NCBI RefSeq assembly: GCF_009914755.1
Contig: NC_060934.1
DNA from: the human T2T-CHM13v2.0 reference genome, Homo sapiens
Length of the DNA stretch: 64,000 bases
Direction: 5' to 3' (one strand)
Below the pieces are notes generated by a model, which was not told the DNA's origin, did not search any database, and worked only from the letters and a program-made list of their open reading frames with translations. Both the position numbers and the translations under genes were made by a program. Below, piece after piece: positions 1-13,139 of the stretch. Each line of letters begins with the position of its first letter. The stretch's first letter is position 1.

Positions 1-410
1 TCCCTTCAGTTCATGTCTTCTTATAGGATAAAATTATTTCATGAGTGATCATTTAAATGACAGGTTTAGGACAGGTTCTATTGACTTGGGCAAAAGGCAT
101 CTTGTTCTTGATAAGTTCGCATTTAAATATGTTTTGTAGGATTGTTTTCAAAACTAAAGACCTACTTTCTTATAAAATTGAAAAAGATAATAATTTGAAT
201 CAACTTGGTTATAGGAAGACAGCAATAGCATCTTGTAAATATATTTCTAAAGAGGAGAGAGAAATAGAGAATCATCCGTGTGAGCACGTTTCACTGAGAA
301 AATGAAATTTAGGTCGTGAACCTTCAGGTCTTGCCATGTGGGCTTGATTGCTGAACGTACACGGAAAATCCTGTTAGCATGGGAGGAGACATACTTGACA
401 TCTGACTTAG

Positions 411-540
411 CCCTTATTTCATAGATAAGAACAGGGAGTCCCATATGAGTTGTGACTTACCCAAGATCACATGGCCATTTAGTGGCAAAGCACATTGTTT
501 CAAACCTCTGATGTCCATTCAACTGTTAGCTCATGTACTG
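411..540 (-). mobile_element. MIR SINE fragment
   Basis: Reverse MIR core-like CCCTTATTTCATAGATAAGAAC...GTGACTTACCCAAGATCACATGGC; edges approximate. Confidence 0.6.
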
Positions 541-1724
541 TGCCCCCACCGCAGTCAAATATTCCAACAATCTTAAAAATACGAGCTACCTGAACATGGT
601 CTTGACCATTTTGGTCTGAATCAAAGGAGCTCTCTAATAGTCCTGATGTTAGAGGGTGAATTTGAAACTTGCAATCTCTGGGTGCCTCCTTCAAGCTCCA
701 GATCATTGTTTCTTATCAGACTGCCTTTACTGAGAAACTCAAACTTTTAAGTAATACTGACTGCATTTAATTGTTCTTTAGAATTCAGTCAGATTCCTCC
801 GTAGAGAATGTGAATCCCAGCAGGTATCTTGACCAAACTACAATCTTCGCCTAATCTAAGCTTTCATTTAAAGTTTTTCTATAAAATATGAATTTGTGAA
901 TGGGAGTTGATGGCTGGAGGCTGGGGAGTTTCAGGATATTGAATGAGCTGTCACATTACCATAACCTGATTTAGATTCCCCAGAAGGCAATTGTGACTGG
1001 AATTTTCTGGGCTGAAATGATGATGGGAGAGTTTTACGTAGAGAGGATATGACAGACTCAGCCTGAGGAGTGACTGTAAGGGGAACGAATTGTGACTGGA
1101 GGTGAAATTCAGGGGTATATAAAGGAATGCTTTGGGGCAGGGGCTACATTATGGGGAAAAAGGAAAGATAAATTTGGAATTTTGAGGGCATAGAAAATTT
1201 TAGGATCAGAATTACTTGTAGTGCATGGATGCGTTGAATCATAAATGATGAATTTTAAAAAATACAGTCACACATCAGTCATTGCAGTAAAGTAGCTGAG
1301 GTTTTTTAAAAACAATGATACCATTCTAGAACTTTTTTAGAAGCAAAAGCTTAAATCTCCAATGCTACTGTCAATCTTTGGTCTACACTTAAAAATTCCA
1401 AATTAAGGGAAGAACTAATTAGTGGTAGATCTCTTGGAATTGAATTATCTCAGGCAGCAGCTCAAGAATCTTTCTTGTTCATAGGGAAATTCTTGCAGGG
1501 AATTCATGATCTCGCTTGCTTTAATCTACTCCTGCTGGTTGTAAGGAGTGCAACGACGATGTTCCTTAGTATTTACTTGCTCTGCTGCCCCCAAGGTCAC
1601 TCATTCTGTTTCGCAAACGTGGCTTTGGCTCAGGGCTGCCTCACTGTGTCCTCTTGATGGGGCAAATGAGATCTAGAGAAGCCAAACTTCCCTGAGGTCT
1701 CAAGCCCACTAGGCCTGAAGTAAA

Positions 1725-1901
1725 CAGCTAATGGTGTGTGAGGGCTTACACTATGCCCAGTGCTTTTACATGTATTAACCAGTTGAGGTCTCAGGATTCC
1801 TCATTTGCCACCCCTACTCTGAAATGAGGAAAGTTTAAAAACTTGCCCCAGGCCACTCAGGTAGGATATGTGGTGGATCTGAGAGTTGAAGCCAAGCAGT
1901 C
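1725..1901 (-). mobile_element. MIR SINE fragment
   Basis: TGCTTTTACATGTATTAAC...GAAATGAGGAAA...ACTTGCCCCAGGCCACTCAG...GAAGCCAAGCAGTCT, reverse MIR. Confidence 0.65.
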
Positions 1902-2325
1902 TTTTTTTTTTTTTTTAATTGTGGCAAGAACATTTAACATGAGATTTACCCTCTTAACAAAGTTGTAAGTGTAAGATACAATATTGTTAGCTATAGGCAC
2001 GATGTTGTACGGCAAACTTCTAAGACTTAATTAGCTTACATGACTAGAAATTCATACCCATTGAAGAGCAACTCCTCATTCCCCCTTCCCTAAGCCCATG
2101 GTACCACTATTCTAGTCTCTGCTTCCATGTGTTAGAATATTTTAGATTGACTATATGTGGAATCATGCAGTATTTGTCCTTCTGTGCCTGGCTTGTTTCA
2201 CTTAGCGTAGTGTCTTCTAGGTTTATGTATGTTGTTGTATATGACAGGATTTCCCCCTATCAAGCTCAGTCATATCCCATTATATGTATATGCCACTGTT
2301 GCCTTATTCAATCCTCTGTCCTGGG
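1902..2325 (-). mobile_element. L1MA8/9-like LINE-1 3' end
   Basis: Poly(T) then AAGAACATTTAACATGAGATTTACCCTCTTAACAAA...TGGAATCATGCAGTATTTGTCCTTCTGTG...TTTCACTTAGC, typical old L1 3'UTR in reverse. Confidence 0.85.
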
Positions 2326-3614
2326 CATTAGCAGTGTGATTGCACAGCTCTGAATTACATCCAGTACCAGGTTTCCTGAATCCTTTCACCTGCACCTAGC
2401 TTCTGTTTCTTCAAGAAATTTCAAATAGGAAATCACTTCCCTTGCCTTCAGAAATGGGAATAATTGTTCAAATCACATTTGTCTTATTTTCCCACATTTA
2501 CGTCATGCCCTGGAATTACTATTTCATTGTAGGGATTTCCTTATTAATAAGTAAGTTTTCTGAGCTGTTCCCTTGAGTAGCTGAATTTACAAAAGATCTG
2601 CCAGTAACCAATGGTCAGGCTTCTCCCCTTAGATTGAAAACTCAAGACTAAACCAAAGATTGGTGATAGAAATGGTGGGGGTGGGGGGGAGTTTAAGCTT
2701 TTGCTCCTAGAAAGTTCTAAAATGGAATTGTTTCATTAACACCTCAACTACCTGATGCATGTGACTGTACTTTTCAACTCACAGATTTTTATTTAATGCC
2801 CCCGCCACATGATCTCCGAATCCTGAAATTACCTATCTGCTCATATTTCCAAGTTAAGCTCTCCATTATTGGTTCTAGAATTAGTCCATTCTTCTCATCT
2901 CTACAGTCAAAAGAAACTCTTGGAAGAGTAAAGACTAAAAAACAAAAAAGGGAGTACAAATACCAGAAGATACTAAACAAATTCATGTCCCAACTTGTTG
3001 TTCTAAAGCAAATAAATTATGCCACATGTAGTTGCTTTTCGTTGCCAGCCAGATCCAGAGATAGCCCATGGTTTCCTCTGCAGTCTAATCTGAAAAATAC
3101 ATGCATATAACTATATTATTGAGTAAGATACCCAGATTAGATTTTATTCACTCACATTCATTTATTTGTTTGATACATTTACTAAATCTCTAGCCTGGCT
3201 TGTGCAGGACAGTTCCTGCTCAAAGAGCACAAGTCAACACCAACCACGATGCCTTGGAACAGGGAGGAAGATTTCAAATAAGAAGTTATCTCTACAGTTT
3301 TTATTAATTTACTTTTGTAGATGGGGGGAAAAGTATGATTTCCTCAACTTACGAGCAATTGCATGCCAATAGCTTATTTAAAAATTGGCTGTTTGGAGCC
3401 CAGCACATATTTTCTTCCACGGAAACAATGGCACACATGTTCACTAGCCTCGCCAGGTGGGATCACAGAAATGGGACCTGGGCAACATTGTTATGCTAGT
3501 ATTGTTGCCTCCACTTTTGAGTCCTAGTCGCAGTGAAGAGGAGGGCAGTAAGAAACCCAAAAGGAGGAGGGTAAGAAAGAGGATGGAGTGGAGCCTGCCG
3601 TGTTGGAGGTAACA

Positions 3615-3705
3615 TGGTCTGACCTTGACCCTGGGCAAGTCTCTTTATCTTTCTAAGCCTCAGTTTTCTTATCTGTGAAAGAGATATTACCTAATCCTCA
3701 AAAGC
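3615..3705 (+). mobile_element. MIR SINE core fragment
   Basis: GACCCTGGGCAAGTCTCTTTATCTTTCTAAGCCTCAGTTTTCTTATCTGTGAAA matches the MIR core. Confidence 0.7.
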
Positions 3706-4994
3706 ATGGAATATCAGCCAAAGTGTCTGGTCCCTCCTTTCCTGGGTTTGAGGGTAGCTCCAGGAAGCAGCTGGAAATAGGAAATTGACATTCTTAAAAG
3801 ATTTCTGCAACTTCTTCATTTTTCAGTGTTTCTGGACTTCTCCATCTACATTAACCAAAATTAGCCCATTCCCTAAAATTATCTTTCACCAAAATTACCT
3901 ACCTACCCTTTCCAGCTTTTCAAAACTCTGAGTAACTCAGGATTGTTGGTCTCAGCTAGGTGTCAGGAGGAAAGCAATCTGATCGAATCAACCCACACAA
4001 GTGCATGCAGAGCTTGACAGTCTCTGAACTCTCCTAGAGTTAGTTGCATTTTGGGGGGGAAGAAAAGCCTCTGCTTATTATCCAAAAAGCATGTCCCAGT
4101 GATGTGATTTTAGCCAGCGTGCCAAAGTGTAGTCAAAACTTCAGGCACAGTGGGGGGAAGATATTTTTGGGCTGGGGAAGGTCAGCTCGTTCTGTGCATC
4201 TGTCCCTGGCCAGCTCCATGCTGCCTTGCCTTTTTCACAGTACCTTCCCTTTCTTTACTTCTGAACCTCCAATTCCTCTCATGCTTTTTGCCTACCCAGA
4301 ATGGCTTTTTTTGGCAGCCACCCCAGGGATCCCTGAGGTGAGGAGATGACGGGAGGAAGGGGCATTTGCACATGCTGTTCATTTTTCTGAGTCATTTCTA
4401 GGTTGGGGTTGTTTCTACTAGCATTTCGGATACTCTTTATAATGCTGTGATAATGGCTATGTGGTTGTTTAGATATGAGTCTCGATAGAAATATTCATTG
4501 GCAGTGAATTCTATAAATTATTGGAACTTCTGAAGATTCTCCAGTGGCCTTAGAAGTAAGTTTTGTAAGAGTGATTGTCTTACAAATATTTTTTTTACCA
4601 GACTGCAAACCTTTCTTGTTTGAAATTGGTATGGGTCTTGGAGACTTATTTTGTCTTCTTCCTTAAATTTAAATATAAGAAAACCAAATCCCAGAAAGGT
4701 AAACATGAACAGCCTCTATAGTTACTCTTGTTCTCATTTCGAGAACAGATGTGGGGTGACAGTGATTAAGTTGGTCCATATTGTCCATACCAACTTGAAA
4801 GCACGTTCCTCCCCAGACGTTAAGCTTAAAAAAAAAAAAAGATTGGTGGGTCAAGGAAGTCAGAGGGCTAATTAAATGGCAAGTTGTCTGAGGTTTGAGG
4901 CAAGGCATCAGGAAGGGAAACCCCCACATCTGCATGTCCAGAGCTGTTAGCAGAAGGTCATGAGAATATCACTAAACTCCTTGCTCACAGTAGC

Positions 4995-5353
4995 TGTATT
5001 AGTTTGTTTTCATGCTGCTGATAAAGACATACCTGACACTGGGTAATTTATAAAGAAAAAGAGGTTTAATGGACTCAGAGTTCCACATGGTTGGGGAGGT
5101 CTCACAATCAGGGCGGAAGGCAAAAGCATGTCTTACATGGCAACAGACAAGAGAGAATGAGAACCAAGCAAAAGGGGTTTCCCCTTATAAAACCATCAGA
5201 TCTCATGAGACTTACTACCATGAGAACAGCATGGGGGAAACTGCCCCCATGATTCCATTACCTCCTCCACCAGGTCCCTCCCACAATACATGGGAATTAT
5301 GGGAGCTATAATTCAATATGAGATTTGGGTGGGGACACAGCCAACCCATATCA
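4995..5353 (-). mobile_element. THE1 (THE1B/C-like) ERVL-MaLR solo LTR
   Basis: TG...CA termini (TGTATTAG...CATATCA), GCTGATAAAGACATACC and AAACCATCAGATCTCATGAGA motifs; perfect 5-bp TSD GTAGC at 4990-4994 and 5354-5358. Confidence 0.93.
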
Positions 5354-6937
5354 GTAGCAGTGGCTGGAAGACGTTGAAATGGCACTGAAGGAATCGTTCT
5401 GGGAGCTCAGCCTGTCTCTCACAGGGTTACTGCCTAACACCACACCATTTTGCTGCCTGACATTCCCTCTTCATTTGCTAATTTAGAAAATTGCAATTTG
5501 TCAAAAAGAGCTGAAAATACTTCACTTTCAACCTCACAGAGTGAATGGGGGTATCAAACAAGGTCATCTATGTGAAAATATTTTAGAAACCAAGAGTGCA
5601 GACCAGTGCAAGCTGTTCTCACCATGCTGACCATTTTATACATGGCTTTTTCACTCCATCTTTTCTCCATCAGAATTGATTAAACTCTTTTCTTCAGGCT
5701 GGCGTAATTCTCAGGATGTCAATCCACTAGTAGCGGTCCTTTTTTTTTTTTTTTTTTATGGCTGGGACTTAAATGCACTGCCAGGGGGAGTGTGGAGGTC
5801 AGAATCAAAGCTTAGTAGATTTCCAGTTATCACTGCTCCTTCACATTCCTCTGAAAAGTGCAGGACATTGGGCAGATGCTCTTGTGCCTGCTGGGGATAT
5901 CTGACCCTGAAAGTAGTGAAAAAACTAAATTAAGATTTTTTTTTATTGTGCCTCTAGCAAAAACAGTTACCAAACCAGTCAAGTGTTGGTGTGACTGGCA
6001 CCTGCAGTGGTAATTGGGATTCTAGGAAAGTTCTTAGAACATTTGCCTTCTTTTAAATAAAATGTTTTAATTATACTTCATGATTCCTGATCTTCCACAG
6101 GGAAAACAATTTCATTTTTCTTGGTGAGTCCTTGAACCTCCACTTCTCTCTTACTTGGCATTTTGAATTTAGTCAAATATTAATCATTGCAAAGAAATTC
6201 AGGAGGAACAAACTCATTTTCACTGCTGTGGCCTTCACTGTAACAGTTCTTGACCCGTGCTGTCCAAATTTCATGTTATAAATGATGATTTCCACATTAT
6301 TTGAAAAGTATATATAAGTATGACCCAGTCAATTATGAAAACTACCCAAGAATGTATCTTCATGGCTGTAACTTTTTTTGGGAATATGCTCAGTTTTTAA
6401 ATTTTACTACTACTCCTATTGTATTAAATACATGCTAGATTTGACTTCCTTATGATTCATTTTAAAATTACCCAATTAAATAACAGACATTGCATGAATT
6501 TTATTTTCTAAAGTATGTGAGTTAAGAAATTTAAAAACAAATCACCATTTGTCTAATATTTTGCTTAAATCTATTTCAAGGCTTTATAGAAGTAATTCAC
6601 AATGTTTCCATTGACCTTGATGATGCATATTGCAAAAATCTATCCACTTATAAATATTTTTAACAATTCACAGAACAAGAATCTTCTTGTGGATTTTCCA
6701 GTCCAATACTAGGTGGGATGGAGCAAGGGATAGTGTATATCATAGAGGAGGTATCAGCTGCTGGAAACAGAATCCAGGCAAGGACAAGGCAAGGGTGAAG
6801 AGCATACAGCAGCTGGGACCCAGATAGAGGGGAAGAGACTGCAGGATATGAGTGACATGCATCAGGGAAGCAAAAATAGACTAATCACATTAAGGAGGGA
6901 AGTGGGTCAAGACCCCTGTGATCACATCACACCACTG

Positions 6938-7090
6938 GAGGTGCTTTTAACCCAGCTTCAGCTATAGTGCAACTTTAATGAATGCTATGGGGCTTCTTCC
7001 CGAACATGTACAATTTACTTGCAGTTTGTGGACATTCATGGTTTTTTGATGGTGATCTGCAAACCACTAAGTATTCATAACCCCCCAACA
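6938..7090. mobile_element. Possible MER103-like hAT MITE remnant
   Basis: TTTTAACC...ATGAATGCTATGGGGCTTCTTCCC...TTCATGG...AACCCCCC resembles recalled MER103C; very diverged. Confidence 0.3.
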
Positions 7091-7134
7091 TGAAAACTGT
7101 TATTTTTATGCAAGATCTTTTTTACTTAGTTAAT

Positions 7135-7533
7135 TGTGTTCATTCTAATAATGCTATAAAGAAGTACCTGCAACTGGGTAATTTATAAAGAAAAGAGATT
7201 TAATTGTCTGGTTATGCAAGCTGTGCAGGAAGCATTGTGGCTTCTGGGGAGGCCTCAGGAAACTTTTGATTGTGGTGGAAGGTGAAGGGGAAGCAGGCAC
7301 GTCTTACATGGCTGGAGCAGGAGGAAGAGACAGAGTGGGGAGGGGCTACACACTTGTAAACCATCAGATCTGGTGATAACTCACCCTTGCCATGACAACA
7401 TCATGGGGGACAGTGTTAAACCAGGAGAAACAGCCCCCATGATTCAATCACCTCCCACCAGGCCCCACCTCCAACATTGGGGATTTCAATTTGACATGAG
7501 AGTTCCGTGGAGACACAGATCCAAATGATATCA
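7135..7533 (-). mobile_element. MSTA-like ERVL-MaLR solo LTR
   Basis: TG...CA termini, GCTATAAAGAAGTACCTG, GAGGCCTCAGGAAACTT, CCCACCAGGCCCCACCTCCAACATTGGGGAT; near-TSD TTAAT/GTAAT. Confidence 0.9.
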
Positions 7534-7784
7534 GTAATCTACATCTTACTGCATGGCCAATGTTGAAGGCTGATTAGCCTATACTGGATAGATCCAATCC
7601 TTAAGATAAATCAGGCACATTCCAAGGCTTCTGGGTCCACTAGAGACTTCTATAACCTCTTGCTATTCCTTTCACTTATCTGAAAAACCCAAAACAAAAC
7701 AAAAACAAAATAAAACAAAACTTAACAACCCAGACAGGGAAAAAGACTGATAGTTTTCTAAGGCTGCTCAGTTGCAAACCCTTC

Positions 7785-7980
7785 TTTTTTTTTTTTTTTT
7801 TTTTTTTTTGACAGATTCTTGCTCTGTTGCCCAGGCTGGAGTACAGTGGCGTGATCTCGGCTCATTGCAACCTCCATCTCCCAGGTCAAGTGATTCTCCC
7901 ACCTCAGCCTCCTGAGTAGATGGGATTACAGGTGCGCACCACCACGCCCGGTTAATTTTTGTATTTTTAGTAAAGACAGA
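7785..7980 (-). mobile_element. 5'-truncated Alu (right arm plus linker, AluS-like)
   Basis: Poly(T) then reverse Alu right arm ending at TTTTTGTATTTTTAGTAAAGACAGA; flanked by 15-bp TSD CAAACCCTTCTTTTT (7775-7789, 7981-7995). Confidence 0.93.
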
Positions 7981-8635
7981 CAAACCCTTCTTTTTGAGCC
8001 TCCATTAGCAATGTAAAAAGTGAGTGTTAGGAACATGAGTGGAATTTTGAGGATATTTTCTGTTTTGTGTTATTCAGCCTGATGTGGTGCTGTTGCAGAG
8101 ACCTTCATATACATTCTGGGCATTCACATGTTGCTCTACATCCAGGCCTCAAAGACCTCAAAGTAGGTCTTCAATAACCTACATAAGCTGTGTTTTGTGA
8201 TTATTCAGCCCTGGACTGCAGGAGGCCTCTCAATATGAAGGTGACAGGGCCAATATTTTGGATCCACACTTTGGTCAGATACTAGTTTTCCTATAGTCTA
8301 TATTCACTTAAATAAAGCAGGAAAATGAATAATTTATAAAAAATAATTTAGATCAAGCATGCTCTTTCACCCGAGATACTTCAACATAATTGAGTGAGTT
8401 GCTGAATTTTATTCAAATATTTTTACCATCTCACATACGGGCTTTTTAAAAATAGCTCATTGTATGCAATGCAGTTAAGACAATACTTATGTTATTTTTT
8501 TCCCTTCTGAAGTTAGAGAATGTTCATTTTGAATTCATTTCTTTAAAATTGTGACATTTACATTGAAAAGAAACTGATATTTGTGTTTATGCAACACAGT
8601 ATTTTTATTAATTGCATATGCAAGTAACATCTTTT

Positions 8636-9443
8636 TTTAATTTTATGATTATTATACTTTAAGTTTTAGGGTACATGTGCACAATGTGCAGGTTAGTTAC
8701 ATATGTATACATGTGCCATGCTGGTGTGCTGCACCCATTAACTCGTCATTTAGCATTAGGTATATCTCCTAATGCTATCCCTCCCCCCTCCCCTCACCCC
8801 ACAACAGTCCCCTGAGTGTGATGTTCCCCTTCCTGTGTCCATGAGTTCTCATTGTTCAATTCCCACCTATGAGTGAGAATATGCAGCGTTTGGTTTTTTG
8901 TTCTTGTGATAGTTTACTGAGAATGATGATTTCCAATTTCATCCATGTCCCTACAAAGGACATGAACTCATCATTTTTTATGGCTGCATACTATCCCATG
9001 GTGTATATGTGCCACATTTTCTTAATCCAGTCTATCATTTTTGGACATTTGGGTTGGTTCCAAGTCTTTGCTATTGTGAATAGTGCTGCAATAAACATAC
9101 GTGTGCATGTGTCTTTATAGCAGCATGATTTATAGTCCTATGGGTATATACCCAGTAATGGGATGGCTGGGTCAAATGGTATTTCTAGTTCTAGATCCCT
9201 GAGGAATCGCCACACTGACTTCCACAATGGTCGAACTAGTTTACAGTCCCACCAACAGTGTAAAAGTGTTCCTATTTCTCCACATCCTCTCCAGCACCTG
9301 TCGTTTCCTGACTTTTTAATGATTGCCATTCTAACTGGTGTGAGATGGTATCTCATTGTGGTTTTGATTTGCATTTCTCTGATGGCCAGTGATGGTGAGC
9401 ATTTTTTCATGTGTTTTTTGGCTGCATAAATGTCTTCTTTTGA
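8636..9443 (-). mobile_element. 5'-truncated young L1PA (L1PA3/4-like) with ORF2 C-terminal remnant
   Basis: Canonical primate L1 3' end (TATACTTTAAGTTTTAGGGTACATGTGCAC); ORF 9138-9410 gives L1 ORF2p C-terminus ([21 protein letters not shown]); 16-bp TSD GCAAGTAACATCTTTT at 8620-8635 and 9444-9459. Confidence 0.95.
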
Positions 9444-9479
9444 GCAAGTAACATCTTTTAAAGAATTTTCAAAGATATA

Positions 9480-9777
9480 GGCCAGGCGCGGTGGCTCACG
9501 CCTGTAATCCCAGCACTTCGGGAGGCTGAGGCGGGCAGATCACCTAAGGTCAGGAGTTTAAGACCAGCTTGGCCAACATGATGAAACCCTGTCTGTACTA
9601 AAAATATAACAAAATTAGCCGGGTGTGGTGGTGTGTGCCCGTAATCCCAGCTACTCAAGAGGTTGAGGCAGGAGAATTGCTTGAACCCAGGAGGCGGAGG
9701 TTGCAGTGAGCTGAGATCACATCACTGCACTTCAGCCTGGGCAACAAGAGTGAAAACTTCATTTCAAAAACAAAAAA
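9480..9777 (+). mobile_element. Full-length Alu (AluSq/Sp-like)
   Basis: GGCCAGGCGCGGTGGCTCACGCCTGTAATCCC dimer, GCAACAAGAGTGAAA tail variant, A-rich end. Confidence 0.95.
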
Positions 9778-10410
9778 GTTTTAAAAAAGACAAACCAACA
9801 TCTTTTAGGGACCTCTAGATTTCATGTGATTCTCTGCAGTATTCACCTGAGTAAGAGGGCATTTTGTTTTTCTTAATTATCTCCCTCAAAAAGCATGATC
9901 ACCCCAGTATCCAACCCTGTGCCTACCTCATCCCATAACCCATGTTCTTGTTATTATTCTTCTACTGTCAAATAAGTTGGTCATTGTGTTCCGTATTTAA
10001 AACTTCATGTGCCAAGTTTCAGTCTATTTGGAACTAGGAAAAGGTTTTTCTTCTGCCGAGTTGTGGTAATTTTACCAGGCAACCTTCTGTGCAAAAGTCC
10101 TTTTTTGGAATCACAGTTCCAAGTTCTGCTCTAGAAATAGACCCACTGAGTTCAGGTCCTGCTCTATTTCTTAGAAATCATGTAAATTATTTAATTCCAT
10201 TAAACTCTCCTTCCCACGTCTGGATTAAGTGAGATAATGCATGAACATTTAATAGATGCAAATACTCAAAAAACAGAACCTAACACAATTATATTCGATG
10301 AACAATTATTTACTTAGTTTAGGCTTTGTATCATTGTTAATCTCACTTATCCATGCCTTTTGGGGAACAGACATTTCTTTTTCCTTTTCTAAATAATCAC
10401 TCACAGTATT

Positions 10411-10765
10411 TGTCGGGACTGGCTAGGATAAGCCCCAAATCCCCTCAAATTTCTGTGGTTTAGCAAAATCAACAAAGAGCCCTGAGCAGGTTGGCAGGGA
10501 GACTCCATCAGAAGTCTAAGTGGATGTGGGCTCCACTCCCTCATCCTTGGGAGTACACGTTGTCCTCAGTTGAAGTGTCAGGGGAGCAGAGAACCCAGGC
10601 TCACACATGGGCTTTTCATTGCCTACACTAGAAAGTGGCACCTGTCACCTTCCTTCCCATTTCACTGGCTCATACGAGTCACACAGCGTCACTCAGCAGC
10701 CCAGAGCTGAGAGCAGCATCCTTCGCATGCCCGGGAGGAAAGCTGGTGAGATAGCCTCGGCAACA
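10411..10765 (-). mobile_element. Old MLT1 (MLT1K/L-like) LTR remnant
   Basis: CCTCAAATTTCTGTGGTTTAGC and AGAAAGTGGCACCTGTCACCTTCCTTCCCATTTCACTGGCTCA...GTCAC motifs typical of reverse MLT1. Confidence 0.55.
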
Positions 10766-11904
10766 TCTCCCTCAAATCCCTTGAATAACACCTATCTTCT
10801 CAATCCTGCCTTTCTGTATTATTTTTGTCTTATTCTGTGTGTGTGTTTTATTGTAAACTACTTCAAGTCTTTTTCATGAAAAGAGCCCGTGGGAAACAAC
10901 CTCCTGAGATTTTACGGGGAAGCTGGCTTTGTTTACCATTTTGCCATTTCTACTTCATATCATTATATTATTTGAGGATACTTTCTTTGACACGTGGAGT
11001 CTACTGTGTTTTATTAGACACAACATATCTATTGTGTTTTATTAGATGCAAGTGACTTATGCCTTGAGAATTTAACCATCTTCCAGAACTGTTCCACCAA
11101 AAACTCATCCTCAGATTTCCTAGAGTTAATAGTAATGGTTTACATTCTTTGTAAAAGTGAATACTTTCTGAGCCTAAAAACCTAATGGAAAAAGATTAAT
11201 CTCCATGTAGCAATGGTGATAATGCACTGTCATAAAACCAGTAGACTCAACGTTCATGTAATCAGCAAAATCCAACCTATTTTAGTTGTGGATAGGAACC
11301 ATGAAAAACAAACAAGCTTATAAAACCCCCAAAGAGCATTGATTGTAAAACATGCACTTGAACAACACCAACACCAACTAGGAAATCCTCACAAGTTTAT
11401 GGTCTTGAAAATACAAATAATGTGGTTCAGTTTGAAAAGAGATTCCAAACATCAAATGCTTCATCTATTTTCTTCTTTTTTTGTTTTAAGGATGAATCTG
11501 TAAACATGTTCACGCTCAGCCTGTCTTATTATTTTTGCTTCCATGTGGTCAGAAACACAAGAGGAGTCTTATTTCTCAGGATATTTTGAAATTTAAGTTT
11601 CAAACCCTACTGTGAAACAGGCATGGTAGAAACAGACAAAAACAAAGAGCTTATTGTCATAATTTTTTTTTTTGGAAAAAATGTAAGAATGATTGAATCA
11701 TGTACTTGATGTAAATTTGGGTACTTAGGAGGTAAGAGCTATTCCAAGGCATTAGGCAGTGGGCAGCTGGCCATGGTCCCCTCACCTCCTGTGTCCGGGA
11801 CTGCTGCTCCTTCCACAGAGAGGGTGCACATGCAGACAGGGCCGAGTCCTTTTGAGCCTGTCACGAGCAGCGTGAGGTTCTGTGCAAACACGCAGAAGCC
11901 CCTG

Positions 11905-12370
11905 GCTACTCCTTCTCCCTTACACACAAACATACAGCCTATTTACAGATCATGTGGATTTTGCCTCCAAAGCCCCACTTGTACTGCTCCTGTTCTTTCC
12001 ATGGTCACCAGCCAAGTTCAAACCACCATCCTGACTTGCCCAAAAATGCCCGTACAGCATCCTGTTGACCAATTCAGTGACCCACTCTGGACCCCGCATC
12101 TGTGTGACCTCCACTCTGCAGTCTGAGAGATCGTGTAGAGACACTGCTCTCAGGGTGCCCCTGCCATGCTTATCCCCTGGGAGCTACTTCAATCATTACC
12201 CCTTGCCCAGAGGATGAAGTCTCACATCCTCTACAGGGGCTTGCCAGGCCGTCCTCCTCTTCCACCACCTGCCTCTTCCACCTCCTCAGTGACCACTTTT
12301 GCTATGATTTTCTCCATCTCAGCTGGGCTTCCCCTTCTCACATAGGGAGGGTCCCTTCCATCTGGGCCCT
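11905..12370 (+). mobile_element. L2 LINE remnant
   Basis: Pyrimidine-rich segment with L2-like ATCATGTGGATTTTGCCTCCAAA...CAAGTTCAAACCACCATC...ACTTCAATCATTACCCCTTGCCCAGAGGATGAAGTC. Confidence 0.5.
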
Positions 12371-13139
12371 TCAACGTGTGTGCTAGGGGAGAACAGAAAG
12401 GGAAGAGAAGGATGGGAGCAAGAAAACTGAGTAAAGATTCTCAGCTAGAGGCCACACACAGTAAAATGAGCACATGAACACATCTATTCTTCCTCAGTTG
12501 ACACGGATTGCCACAGAACTTACCTGCTCATTGAATAGGGTTTGACTGGGCAACTCCTATAGAAAATATTTATAATTTGGAATTTTTCTGTCTGGAACAG
12601 GGAATCTCTGCAGAAAGAGACCTTAATGACAGAAGGGAAAAATGATGACTGGGTTCCTGCTATAAATTCATGACCTGGTTTCATAAATCCTCCTCTTTAT
12701 ATAGGCACAGCTGTGCATTTTTATTTTCAGATCAAGCCCTCATTATCCTTTTCATTGTTTTTAAGGCATGCTAGTTCACACTACTATATACAAACCCTGA
12801 ATTGTGAACTTTTCACTCACTAACCAATTCATTAAGACCTGGTCTCCTTAAAAAGTGACCATTATCAAAAAGAAGGCAAGAATTTTATTTGGAAATTGTG
12901 CAAATGGGATGATTAATTGGTTAGAAGTCAGGAATACGGAATTGGCCTTCAATTTGCATTTGCGTGGCAAGCACATCATTTCTTGTATATATTTTATGTT
13001 TATTTGGGGTGCCTTTACAGGGAGCTGAAGGAGATTACTGGGAGACCCTCCACAAACATTGCTACATTTAGCAAAGTGGCTGGACATTCCCCACCTTGTG
13101 TATCACTGCCCTGATATCACTGTGATCTGTTTTTATCAT

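Noticed and set aside
989-1100. 13-mer AATTGTGACTGGA repeated 99 bp apart
   Set aside because: Only two copies, no extended similarity, not an array; compatible with chance or an ancient repeat.
3340-3470. Possible ancient Tigger-like MITE remnant
   Set aside because: Resemblance too weak to call without an HMM search.
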